From contig CAVKRC010000003.1 in NCBI GenBank assembly GCA_963658625.1, positions 24,352 through 88,351 of the forward strand: DNA of 64,000 bases, read 5' to 3'. Every line of letters starts with the position of its first letter. The first letter of the stretch is position 1. Below are positions 47,505 to 56,806 of the stretch, in pieces. This stretch comes from a bacterium. Lineage in GTDB: Bacteria > Bacteroidota > Bacteroidia > Bacteroidales > Rikenellaceae. The notes beneath the pieces are model-generated. The model ran no database searches. It was not told the origin of the DNA and was given only the letters and a program-made list of their open reading frames with translations. The position numbers and the translations under genes are program-made.

Positions 47505-49106
47505 CTATTCCCAAGTCTTGACCGTGCCCGAAGGGTCGGGGTTGTTGGTGTCGGTCAGAGCCTTGTTGTCCATAGCCTCGTACTCGTTGATGCAGATATT
47601 CATCCAAGGAGCCAGTCCGACGCAGTTGAACTGTGCGCTCGAAATGTGGTTGGAGTTGGTGTAACCGCGCTGAACCAACAGTGCATCGGGACAACGCTTG
47701 TAGTCGAAGAACATCACGCCCTCGCCCCAGAACTCGATACGTTTCTGCAAGAAGACCTCGCGAATGAGACGACCGCCCTTCTCCGAGCATTTGTACTGCG
47801 GATTACGGGTGCGGACAATCTCGATGAGCGAAGCCGCAGAGTTGTTCAGACGGGCATCGCACTCGGCGATGATGAATTTCATCTCCTCCATACGCATCAT
47901 CGGGAAGTCGATTGCGCCTGCCACGAGGTAGTCGTTAGGGTTGCCCTGTGCAGGACGGAATTTTACGGGAACGTACTCGTCCAGACCGTCGGGACCCGGA
48001 TAGTTGCCTTTGGCAGGAATGTAAGGTACGTCCAGACCCGGATTGGTCGAAGGTGCCTTCCACGACTTTTTGCGGAAGTCGTTGTTGGAAATCTGCGAAT
48101 AGAATTTGGCATCGCAAAGGCGGTATGCACCCATCGCAGCGTAACCATAGGAGGTCTCGGTAGCCATCCACGATACCCAGTTGGTGAGTCCGCTCTTGAC
48201 GGCAGCCGTTTCGGACGACAGACGTGCGCACATCATCCACGACGATTGGGAATCGACGGAGTTGAAACCTGTCGAGGTGTTGGTCCACTGCTCTTCGGTC
48301 AGCGGCGAGAATACACCCGAGTTAAGAGCGTTCTCGGCTGCCTCTTTTGCAGCGGCATAGTCGCCCTTCCACAAATTCAGGCGGGCACTCAGACCATAAG
48401 CCACAGCCTTGTCGGGCAGCGTCTTGTCGCTCGATTTGAAATCGCCCAGCAGTTCGACAGCCGTAGCGATGGACTCCTCGATATGCTCGATGAGTTCAGC
48501 CTTCGGCAGACGCGGGTTGTTGCGAGCCTCAGCCTCGGTAAGATGCTCGTGGAGGTAAGGAATCGTCAGACCGACAACCTCGGGTTTGGAGGTGTATTTG
48601 TTCTCCTTGAACTCGTACATCTGACCCATATCGAGCCAAGCCCACGCACGGAATGCGTATGCCGCACCGACGTACGGTTTATCGTCGTCGGGAATTGCCG
48701 ACAGGTCGGGATACATACGGATAACGTCGTTAGCCAATGCAAGCCACTTGGTGTAGAACAACCAGATAACCTGCATGTGTCCGTAGATACCCGTTTGGTA
48801 GGTGTTGTTGGCGAACGGCTGGTACCAGTCGTAGTTGGAGTTGGCACCCGCCACGTCGTTGCAATAGACATCGCGAATCACACACATCGAAGGATAGCCG
48901 TACATACTCGGCAGCGAACTCGAATACGAAACGTCGTTCGCATAGCCCGCAATGGCGGCAACGTTCACCTTAACGCCGTAAGGTGCGGCATCGACCTGCT
49001 CCTTGGAGATGGAACTGCCCTCTGCCTGAAACTCCTTGATGCAGCTCGTGGCAAGCGTCATTGCTGCGACCCCGAGAATCAAAGCGTATTTCAATATATT
49101 TTTCAT
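47505..49106 (-). CDS. susD: SusD/RagB family lipoprotein
   Basis: Lipobox ATSC; AYAFRAW, PMMRMEEM, KRIEFWGEG..FFDYKR. Confidence 0.93.
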   Translation of the reverse strand: MKNILKYALILGVAAMTLATSCIKEFQAEGSSISKEQVDAAPYGVKVNVAAIAGYANDVSYSSSLPSMYGYPSMCVIRDVYCNDVAGANSNYDWYQPFANNTYQTGIYGHMQVIWLFYTKWLALANDVIRMYPDLSAIPDDDKPYVGAAYAFRAWAWLDMGQMYEFKENKYTSKPEVVGLTIPYLHEHLTEAEARNNPRLPKAELIEHIEESIATAVELLGDFKSSDKTLPDKAVAYGLSARLNLWKGDYAAAKEAAENALNSGVFSPLTEEQWTNTSTGFNSVDSQSSWMMCARLSSETAAVKSGLTNWVSWMATETSYGYAAMGAYRLCDAKFYSQISNNDFRKKSWKAPSTNPGLDVPYIPAKGNYPGPDGLDEYVPVKFRPAQGNPNDYLVAGAIDFPMMRMEEMKFIIAECDARLNNSAASLIEIVRTRNPQYKCSEKGGRLIREVFLQKRIEFWGEGVMFFDYKRCPDALLVQRGYTNSNHISSAQFNCVGLAPWMNICINEYEAMDNKALTDTNNPDPSGTVKTWE

Positions 49107-49128
49107 ATCTGTTTTCTCCTTTCTTTCA

Positions 49129-52100
49129 TTAGAACGTTACGTTGATACCGCCCGAGATGGTACGAATCGGCGAGTAGTATGCCGTCGATGAGCCACCCGA
49201 GTAGGACTGGCGAGGATCGAGACCCTGACGCTTCGACCACAACCATACGTTTTCGCATGCGAGGTAGATACGCAGTTTGGAGATACCCGCCTTCGACATC
49301 CACTTTGCAGGGAATGTGTAACCGAAGTTGATGTTCTGCAAACTCAAGTACGATGCGCTCGTCATAAAGCGGTCGGACGATGCTGCCGTGTACTCGTCGT
49401 CGAGTTGGAAACGCGGCAGGTTGGAGTTGGGATTCTCCGGAGTCCACGATTTGAGTATATCCTTGTGCAGGGCGTAACCCGAACTGTTCGACGTCGGGCT
49501 GCTCATTGCTGCCGCATAACCGCTGTCGTAAACCTTACCGCCGATTTGGTAAACGAAGTTGATACCCAAATCGAAGCCGTAGAAGTTGAACGTCGTGCCG
49601 AAACCGCCGTAAACGTCAGGCAGCGAGGTGTCGAACAGGAAGTAAGATGCCTTGTCCGAGTAGTCGGTCGTCGTCGAGAGCGAGCCATCGTCATTGCGGA
49701 CGTAGTAGAGCGGTTCGCCAGTCTCCTTATCCACGCCTGCGTAGGATTTGAGCAACATCGTGTAGATAGGCAGACCTATACCGAAGAACTGCGATCCATC
49801 GCGGTAACCCGTATATGCCTTGCCGCTCTTGGTATAGTAGGTCTCGGTGGCATTGTTTGCCGAGAGCGAAATAATCTTGTTCTTGACGTAGGTAACGTTG
49901 AGATTGATGTCCCACGAGAAGTTCTTCTTGCGGAATACCGTTCCGTTGAGTTCCAACTCCAAACCTTGGTTCGACATATCGCCGACATTCATCCAGTAGT
50001 AGGAGTAACCGAGCGACGAAGGAACCGAATACTGCGAGAGCATATCGGACGTCTTGCGGTAGAAATAGTCCAAACTACCTACCAGTCGGTTGCCGAAGAA
50101 TCCGAACTCGGCACCGATGTTGAAGTTGGCATTGGTCTCCCAAGTGATGTTCTCGTTACCTTTGGTGATGAACTTGATAGCCCAGTTGTCGGTACCGTCG
50201 TTCACCATACTGTAAGAGTCGCGGTAGAGGAAGTTGGAGATATTGTCGTTACCCTGCGAACCGTAGGAAACCTTGACCTTCAACTCGTCCACCCAAGTGG
50301 CATTGAACCAACTCTCGCGATTGATGAGCCAGCCTGCCGAAATCGCCCAGAAGTTACCCCAACGGTGCTTCGGGTGGAATCGGGACGAGGCATCGCGACG
50401 ATACATCGCGCTCGCGAATATGCGGTTGTCGTAGTCGTACTGCGCACGGACGAAGTAACCCTCGTTGGCATACTCCGAAACCGACGACGATGTGCTGACG
50501 GTTTTCAAAGCCTGCGGCAACTCGGTCGAGGTCGAGGAGAAGAGGTTGGACTTGCTGCCAGCCAATGCACGACCGCGCGAGTAACTGTTCTCGTGACCCA
50601 ACAGGACGTCGATATTGTGCTTGTCGAACTGACGACTCCAAGTGAGCATCTGCTGCAACGTATAGTCCCAGTAGATGGTCGTCTGACGGGAAATCGAACC
50701 GCCCGTGCTCTCACCGCTGCCGTAGAGGTTGTTGGTGGTGCTGAGCGCGTTGTGGATACTTACCGACGTACCGCCCTTGACGGTAACGGTAAAGTTCTGC
50801 GGCAACTTGATGTCGGCGAAACCATTGAAGCCCGCCGTATCGGAAATCGTGCTGTGCTTGTCGAGCAGGTGCGAACCGTAGGCGTTGCTGTTCGCGAAGT
50901 AAGGACGGCTCAAACCGACGTTGGAACCCGAACGGGACGCAGTACCGTAGTCGTAGATAATGTTGCCGTACTGGTCGCGCTTGATATTGCCGTTGCCGTC
51001 GCGAACGTAGAGCGGATAGATAGGCGCGATGGTCGGGATAATGGCGAACATATTGCCCGACGAGTTGTCCTCGCCCTCGCTTTCGGAGACATTGGCGTAG
51101 GAGTGGGTGTAGAGGGCGTTACCGCCGACCTTCAACCACTTTTTAGCCTGATACTCGGCACGCAGACGAGCCGTATAACGCTCGTAACCCGTATTCTTGA
51201 CGATACCCTCGTTATTCAGATAACCGAACGAACCGAAGAACGACGCCTTCTCGTTGGAAGCGGCGACGCTGACGTTGTACTCCTGACGTACACCGTTCAT
51301 ATAAATTTCGTCCGTCCAGTCGTCGGGACGCAACGTATAGTATTCGCCGTTGTAAAGGACGCGACGACCGAGCGTTGCGGCAGGGTTGATTTTGCCGTTA
51401 CGACCGATGAGGTTCTGACCCTCGGGCAGAGTATAGACGTTGTAGCCCAAACCGCCCTCGATACCGAAGAGGTTTTGGTTAGCCTTCTGATATGCTACAT
51501 AGTCATCATTTACCTGATTACGATATTTGTTGTACATCGCAGCATAGTGCGTCTCGTAGTATTTGGCAGGGTCCTTGATGTATTTGTAGTCGCGGGTTGC
51601 GCGCTGATTGACACCGACCTTGATATCGACATTGACAATCGCATCGCGCTCCTTGGCGCGCTTGGTCGTAATCAAAATCACACCGTTACCGCCTCGTGCA
51701 CCGTACAGAGCCGCAGCCGCAGCATCTTTGAGCACGGACATCGACTCGATGTCGGCAGGGTTGATGTCGTTGATACTGCCCGCGAACGACATACCATCGA
51801 CCACGATGAGCGGCGACACGCCTGCCTGAATGGAGCTGACGCCACGAATCAAAATCGTAGGCGACGACGAACCCGGCTGACCCGACGCATTCATAATCTG
51901 CACACCCGAAACCTTACCTTTGAGCGCATCGACGGCGTTGGTCGATTGGCTCTTGGTTATATCCTCCGATTTCAGCACGGCGGCAGAACCAGTAAATGCC
52001 TCTCGCTTCGCTTCGCCGAATGCAACGACGATAATGTCGTCGATACTGTGCGAATCCTCTTTCAACACTACATCAATAACGGTCTTTCCGTTGATTGCCA

Positions 52101-52350
52101 CACTCTCGTCCTGACAACCAAGGAACGAAACGACGAGCGTTCCGTTCGCCGGAGCCGACAGGGTATAATGACCCTCCAAGTCGGTCGATGTACCGATTGT
52201 TGTACCGTCCACAATCACCGTTGCACCGACAATCGGATTGCCGTCGGCAGCGGTAACCGTACCTGATACCGTCTTGTTCTGAGCCACGGCAAAGCCGCAC
52301 AGCATCAAAACCGCAGTAATTGATAGTACAATTTTCCTTCCCATAAGCAT
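49129..52350 (-). CDS. susC: SusC/RagA family TonB-dependent transporter
   Basis: LKDAAAAALYGARGGNGVILITTK, RRDASSRF, ITWET, NVGDMSNQGLE, C-terminal NVTF. Confidence 0.96.
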   Translation of the reverse strand: MLMGRKIVLSITAVLMLCGFAVAQNKTVSGTVTAADGNPIVGATVIVDGTTIGTSTDLEGHYTLSAPANGTLVVSFLGCQDESVAINGKTVIDVVLKEDSHSIDDIIVVAFGEAKREAFTGSAAVLKSEDITKSQSTNAVDALKGKVSGVQIMNASGQPGSSSPTILIRGVSSIQAGVSPLIVVDGMSFAGSINDINPADIESMSVLKDAAAAALYGARGGNGVILITTKRAKERDAIVNVDIKVGVNQRATRDYKYIKDPAKYYETHYAAMYNKYRNQVNDDYVAYQKANQNLFGIEGGLGYNVYTLPEGQNLIGRNGKINPAATLGRRVLYNGEYYTLRPDDWTDEIYMNGVRQEYNVSVAASNEKASFFGSFGYLNNEGIVKNTGYERYTARLRAEYQAKKWLKVGGNALYTHSYANVSESEGEDNSSGNMFAIIPTIAPIYPLYVRDGNGNIKRDQYGNIIYDYGTASRSGSNVGLSRPYFANSNAYGSHLLDKHSTISDTAGFNGFADIKLPQNFTVTVKGGTSVSIHNALSTTNNLYGSGESTGGSISRQTTIYWDYTLQQMLTWSRQFDKHNIDVLLGHENSYSRGRALAGSKSNLFSSTSTELPQALKTVSTSSSVSEYANEGYFVRAQYDYDNRIFASAMYRRDASSRFHPKHRWGNFWAISAGWLINRESWFNATWVDELKVKVSYGSQGNDNISNFLYRDSYSMVNDGTDNWAIKFITKGNENITWETNANFNIGAEFGFFGNRLVGSLDYFYRKTSDMLSQYSVPSSLGYSYYWMNVGDMSNQGLELELNGTVFRKKNFSWDINLNVTYVKNKIISLSANNATETYYTKSGKAYTGYRDGSQFFGIGLPIYTMLLKSYAGVDKETGEPLYYVRNDDGSLSTTTDYSDKASYFLFDTSLPDVYGGFGTTFNFYGFDLGINFVYQIGGKVYDSGYAAAMSSPTSNSSGYALHKDILKSWTPENPNSNLPRFQLDDEYTAASSDRFMTSASYLSLQNINFGYTFPAKWMSKAGISKLRIYLACENVWLWSKRQGLDPRQSYSGGSSTAYYSPIRTISGGINVTF

Positions 52351-52378
52351 TGTTTTTTACATAAAAGTATTTTCGTGG

Positions 52379-52410
52379 CAAAGATAGGAACAAAACGTTT
52401 CCCCGCCAAA
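52379..52410 (-). promoter_or_regulatory. Primary-sigma promoter of the susC operon
   Basis: Minus strand TTTG, 20 nt, TATCTTTG. Confidence 0.7.
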
Positions 52411-52800
52411 TAAATTATGAATAAAAATACACGTCGGTGTCGGTTGCGCACAAAACCGTCGGGAAACGCTTTCGATTCGCAACTTTTTGTTCGTAAAATG
52501 TTATAAAATATAATGAAAATATTTTAATAAATACTTTCCGAAAGCCTCTTTTCAGCCCCATAACCGCACTAAATTGCGCAAATACCAAACTTTACGGGTT
52601 GAGTGCAGGTTTTGCATCGGCGATGAAAATTTATCGAAAAGCGGCAAGCAGCAACGGCTGCGGAGAAAAGAGACAGCAAAAAGCGTAAAATCATTTATAA
52701 TCAGAGTGTTATTGTTCACGATGATTTATTATGCCGTTTTTTGCATCGTTGCCCGTATGCAGGCGTTCGGCTGTAAGGTCTCCGAATCCGAACAAAATGT

Positions 52801-52823
52801 AATATGCAAAAATATTGCATATT
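52801..52823. promoter_or_regulatory. Inverted-repeat operator candidate in the divergent susC / S8 region
   Basis: AATATGCAA-N5-TTGCATATT, perfect 9-bp arms. Confidence 0.5.
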
Positions 52824-52917
52824 TCGCATAAAAAACCGCCAGAACGATTCGATGTCGAGCAGACGCACGGTGCGGGTGTTATATTATATAAGGTATCGCA
52901 CCGTCCGTGCGATAAAA

Positions 52918-52949
52918 TTTGGCGAAAGCGGATAAAAACACTACCTTTG
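52918..52949 (+). promoter_or_regulatory. Primary-sigma promoter of the second S8-lipocalin module
   Basis: TTTG, 20 nt, TACCTTTG. Confidence 0.7.
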
Positions 52950-52972
52950 AGCATACAAAACAGCAAACAATT

Positions 52973-54907
52973 ATGAAACGTACACTGTTATTCGCACTAT
53001 CGGCTCTGCTCTGCGTCGCCTGCACGCGCGAGGCGGAAAGCGAGATAGGAATCGGCGAGAGCAACGACGCGGCTGCCGCGAAACTGATATACACCTCGGA
53101 CGATGCCGTGCGGGGCGAGTTGTTGGTAAAGTTCGACGACGGGGCTGTGGCTACGCTCGAAACGGCGGTCTCGCGTTCGGCAGGCACCCGCTCGGGCATA
53201 GACGGGGTCGATGAGGTGTTGGAAGGGATAGGCATAAAGTCGATAAAACCACTGTTCAACACAGACCCGCGATTCGAAAGCGATGCGCGCGAGGCGGGAT
53301 TGCACCGCTGGTACAAGGTAGCGTTCGACGACAGTGCCGACCTCGACAAGGCGGCATTGGCTTTGGCGCGCGCGACGGAGGTTACGAGCGTGGAGTTCAA
53401 TCAGAAGATGCGGTGCGACGGCTCTACCGTAAAAACGGTATTGCCGAAAGCGATAGACAAAACGCCCGCAACGTTCGACGACCCGCGCCTGTCGGAGCAG
53501 TGGCACTACATCAACACGGGCGATACCTCCATATACGCAGGCATCAAGGCGGGAGCCGACATCAACTGCGGCGAGGCTTGGCGGCTCTGCACGGGCGACC
53601 CGAACGTAATCGTGGCAGTGGTCGATAACTGTGTCGATTGGACGCACCCCGACCTTGCGGCGAATATATGGACGAATCCGAAAGAGATTCCCGACAACGG
53701 CATAGATGATGACGGCAACGGATTCGTCGATGACGTGCACGGCTACAATTTCGTCGCCGACACCACGCTACAATTAAGCACATCGGGAGACGCGCCCGAG
53801 CACGGCACCCACGTTGCAGGCACGGTTGCAGCCGTAAACAACAACGGCATAGGCGTTTGTGGAGTTGCAGGCGGTTCGGGCAACGGCGACGGCGTGAGGA
53901 TTATGTCGTGTCAGGCGGTGTTCAACAGCAAATACATCACCGTCGAAGATGCAGCCAAGGCGATTCGGTATGCAGCCGACAACGGCGCGTCGATAATTCA
54001 GTGCAGTTACAGTCGCGGGCAGTTGTCGTCCGATGCCGATTTCACCAAAAGTTTCGGAGCGGAGCGCGAGGCAATCGACTACTTCATAAAATACGGAGGG
54101 TCGGTCGAGCGCGGCGGTTGCGGTGTCGTAGATGGCGGCATAGCGATTTTCGCAGCGGGCAACTCCAAGGGCAACAAAGCCAACTATCCCGGAGCATACA
54201 GAGAGTGCATATCGGTTACGTCGATAACCTGCGATTTCCTGCCTGCACGCTATACCAACTACGGACCGGGCAGCAACATAGCCGCACCGGGCGGAGATAC
54301 CGACCAAGCAGAGACGGCGGGAATACTCTCGACGGTGAACGGCGGCGGTTACGCCTTTATGCAGGGAACATCGATGGCTTGTCCTCATGTTTCGGGCGTG
54401 GCGGCACTGGCGATGTCCTACGCCAAGAAGTTGGGCAAGACGTTCACACGCGAGGAGTTCCACCGCATTCTGCTCACGGCGACGAACGACATCGAGCAAT
54501 ATCTGCCCAAATCGTCGCAATATGCAGGGCAAATGGGTACGGGGCTTATCGACGCTTACAAGGCGTTGCTCAATGTGGAGGGAACGCCGTGCGTAGCCGT
54601 GCAGGTAGGCGAGAGCCAACTCGTTGCGCTCGACAAGATTATAGGCGGCGGCTCGAAAATCACGATTCGCAGCATAACCATGTCGGACGAGGATAAAGAG
54701 CGGCTCGGCGTCGAGGGCAATCCGACCTTCACGACTGCGGGCAAATTGCGCATAAAATGCACCAAGCGGGGTTCGGCGCGTATGACAGTGCGCTTTATCG
54801 GCGGCGGTTCGACGGTAGGTTCGGAGAGTAACGTCGGAGGTATGGAGATGAGCAAGGAGTTCGTCATCGTGGCGCACTACTTCGCGGACAATAACGGCTG
54901 GCTGTAA
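52973..54907 (+). CDS. S8 subtilisin-family serine peptidase, lipoprotein (copy 2)
   Basis: Start MKRTLL (52973), lipobox VAC; VAVVD, HGTHVAG, FAAGN, GTSMACPHVSG; colinear with copy 1; ends GWL. Confidence 0.93.
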   Translation: MKRTLLFALSALLCVACTREAESEIGIGESNDAAAAKLIYTSDDAVRGELLVKFDDGAVATLETAVSRSAGTRSGIDGVDEVLEGIGIKSIKPLFNTDPRFESDAREAGLHRWYKVAFDDSADLDKAALALARATEVTSVEFNQKMRCDGSTVKTVLPKAIDKTPATFDDPRLSEQWHYINTGDTSIYAGIKAGADINCGEAWRLCTGDPNVIVAVVDNCVDWTHPDLAANIWTNPKEIPDNGIDDDGNGFVDDVHGYNFVADTTLQLSTSGDAPEHGTHVAGTVAAVNNNGIGVCGVAGGSGNGDGVRIMSCQAVFNSKYITVEDAAKAIRYAADNGASIIQCSYSRGQLSSDADFTKSFGAEREAIDYFIKYGGSVERGGCGVVDGGIAIFAAGNSKGNKANYPGAYRECISVTSITCDFLPARYTNYGPGSNIAAPGGDTDQAETAGILSTVNGGGYAFMQGTSMACPHVSGVAALAMSYAKKLGKTFTREEFHRILLTATNDIEQYLPKSSQYAGQMGTGLIDAYKALLNVEGTPCVAVQVGESQLVALDKIIGGGSKITIRSITMSDEDKERLGVEGNPTFTTAGKLRIKCTKRGSARMTVRFIGGGSTVGSESNVGGMEMSKEFVIVAHYFADNNGWL

Positions 54908-54931
54908 AATTTCGACAAAAAAAATAAGAGT

Positions 54932-55420
54932 ATGAAACTATTGACTATCATATCATTGGCTTTTGCGGCGACGATACTTTTCACGTCGTGCGGCAAAGGG
55001 GAATCTTCGGGAACGCAACAGCCCGTCAGCTCATGCGAGCAGGTGGCGGGCGACTGGCATCTGACTGCGACGGGAGACGGAAATACGACCGATTTCGATA
55101 TATACCTAAGGCTGACGGCAGAGGGCAAATTCGAGATGTACCAGCAGTTGCAGACTATGCGCTACACCAAATATGCGGGGACATTCTCCCTCAACGGCAG
55201 CACGATGACGGGCGTATATGACGACGGCAAGCAGTGGCGAAGCAGTTACACGGCAACGCTCAATGCCGAGCGGAATGTGCTGACGCTGACAAGCAGGTCG
55301 GCAGCGGACAATGTGTCGGTATTCGAACGCACGACTATTCCCGACGACGTATTCAATCGCACGGAGTCGGACGGTTCGCGCGCAGTTGCGGGCGATGGCG
55401 AAGCAACAAGGTTCTTATAG
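54932..55420 (+). CDS. Small lipocalin-like lipoprotein (copy 2)
   Basis: Lipobox FTSC; VAGDWHL, GKF, MTGVYDDG; ends ...RFL; paralog of 42811-43326. Confidence 0.75.
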   Translation: MKLLTIISLAFAATILFTSCGKGESSGTQQPVSSCEQVAGDWHLTATGDGNTTDFDIYLRLTAEGKFEMYQQLQTMRYTKYAGTFSLNGSTMTGVYDDGKQWRSSYTATLNAERNVLTLTSRSAADNVSVFERTTIPDDVFNRTESDGSRAVAGDGEATRFL

Positions 55421-55490
55421 AAGGAGATACAGCATTGCAAGAAAAAACATATATTTGTATCATAAAACAAACCTATAAAACAACAGCAAG

Positions 55491-56654
55491 ATGAAAATTA
55501 CTTTGACCGCTGCCAAGAGCCTTATGATTTTGGGCGCGGCAGCACTGCTCTGCCTGCCATCGGCAGCCGAGGCGAAAAAGAAGGAAAAAATTTCGGATCC
55601 GCGTCTGAAAGCGGTACAGTCGATGAGCAAACCTGTCAAAGAGGCGCAATTCGTAGTCAAGGGCGCGTCGCTCGCAACGGCTCACCGCGCCGTGCAGGGC
55701 TTCGACCTTACCGAGGACGGAACGTTCTGGTTCTCGCAGCCGGGCAATATCAGCAAGCGTCAGCAGGGCTTGACCAAAGTCCACGAGATGTACATCGTCA
55801 AGGGTACGGGCAAAGGCAAGCAGAAAATGACGTTGCGCTACTTCGGCAACGGCACGGGTCTGGCAGTCGAGCATGCCGAGGACGGCGACTATGTTTGGGT
55901 AGGCTCCAATGCCACCAAGCGCAAGAACAAGATAAAGGACGATTATATCCGCACCCGTTCCATTTCGCGCATTCCTTACAAGGCGGGCGAGGAACTCGAC
56001 GGCGGTTATGCAGGCGAGACCTACTATATGGGCGGTGCATACTATTGCTATCCGACAGTAAATGTTGCGGACGATATTTTGGGTGTGGCTACGTCGAGCC
56101 GCGGCAACGTTACCATCAACATCTACTCGCTCAAAGAGGCTCGCGCATTGCCCGATACCGAGATTACCGTAAAGACCAACTGGAAGGGCGAGAACATCGG
56201 CGAGGAGTTGGAGACTGTCTCCCGCAAGGAGAATATCAAGGATTTGGAATCGTTGGAGCCGAAAGCCAATTTCACGATAGACAAGCCTGAAAAAGAGAAG
56301 GCGAACATGGCAAAGGATATAAATTCCTACCCGTTCCGCGGTTTCGATGCCGACAAGGATTACATCTACTTTGTCGAGGGTAACAGCAACAAGGGCAAAC
56401 TGACCGAAAACGGTCCGTCGGCAGCATACATCACCGTATTCGACCACTCGGGCAAGGTCGTTCTGCCGCGCCGCCGCATCTCGGTCATCGGCGACAGTTA
56501 CATACTGAAAACTTTGGGACTTACATCGACAGGTTATGCCGACATCGAGGGCATCAAGGTTCGCAACGGCAAAATCTATATCGTATTCTCTGCCTACGGC
56601 AAGAATGCCAAGGGCAAGAATGTACACAAGGCGTGCGTGGTTAAGTACGAATAG
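55491..56654 (+). CDS. Secreted basic protein, probable beta-propeller resembling TagC / phage receptor-binding platform domains
   Basis: Signal peptide; AVQGFD..FWFSQ, MTLRYFGNGTGLAVE..YVW, PFRGF..YIYFVEG, DIEGI. Confidence 0.55.
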   Translation: MKITLTAAKSLMILGAAALLCLPSAAEAKKKEKISDPRLKAVQSMSKPVKEAQFVVKGASLATAHRAVQGFDLTEDGTFWFSQPGNISKRQQGLTKVHEMYIVKGTGKGKQKMTLRYFGNGTGLAVEHAEDGDYVWVGSNATKRKNKIKDDYIRTRSISRIPYKAGEELDGGYAGETYYMGGAYYCYPTVNVADDILGVATSSRGNVTINIYSLKEARALPDTEITVKTNWKGENIGEELETVSRKENIKDLESLEPKANFTIDKPEKEKANMAKDINSYPFRGFDADKDYIYFVEGNSNKGKLTENGPSAAYITVFDHSGKVVLPRRRISVIGDSYILKTLGLTSTGYADIEGIKVRNGKIYIVFSAYGKNAKGKNVHKACVVKYE

Positions 56655-56670
56655 ATTATCAATCTTATAT

Positions 56671-56711
56671 GGGCGAAGGGTATGTACGGTTGCGTACATA
56701 CCCTTCGTTTT
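56671..56711 (+). terminator. Terminator
   Basis: GCGAAGGGTATGTACG / CGTACATACCCTTCGT followed by a T-run. Confidence 0.85.
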
Positions 56712-56736
56712 GTTCCCGTTACAGCCGCACGAGTGC

Positions 56737-56776
56737 AAAAAGAATCGGGACAGGCGGATTGCTTCGCTTGTCCCGA
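56737..56776 (-). terminator. Terminator of yebC
   Basis: TCGGGACAGGCG / CGCTTGTCCCGA with an upstream A-run. Confidence 0.7.
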
Positions 56777-56806
56777 AAATTATCTTTACGCACTTAGTCC
56801 GAGCGG

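Noticed and set aside
49405..52266. 953-aa + strand ORF, and similar long antisense ORFs (31894-33822, 38336-40264, 43472-45289, 45613-47664, 11621-13432, 17977-19419)
   Set aside because: They are shadows exactly opposite well-supported genes, expected from GC-rich codon bias, and show no protein motifs
52351..52972. Invertible promoter upstream of susC
   Set aside because: No long inverted repeats flanking a promoter were seen and no adjacent recombinase
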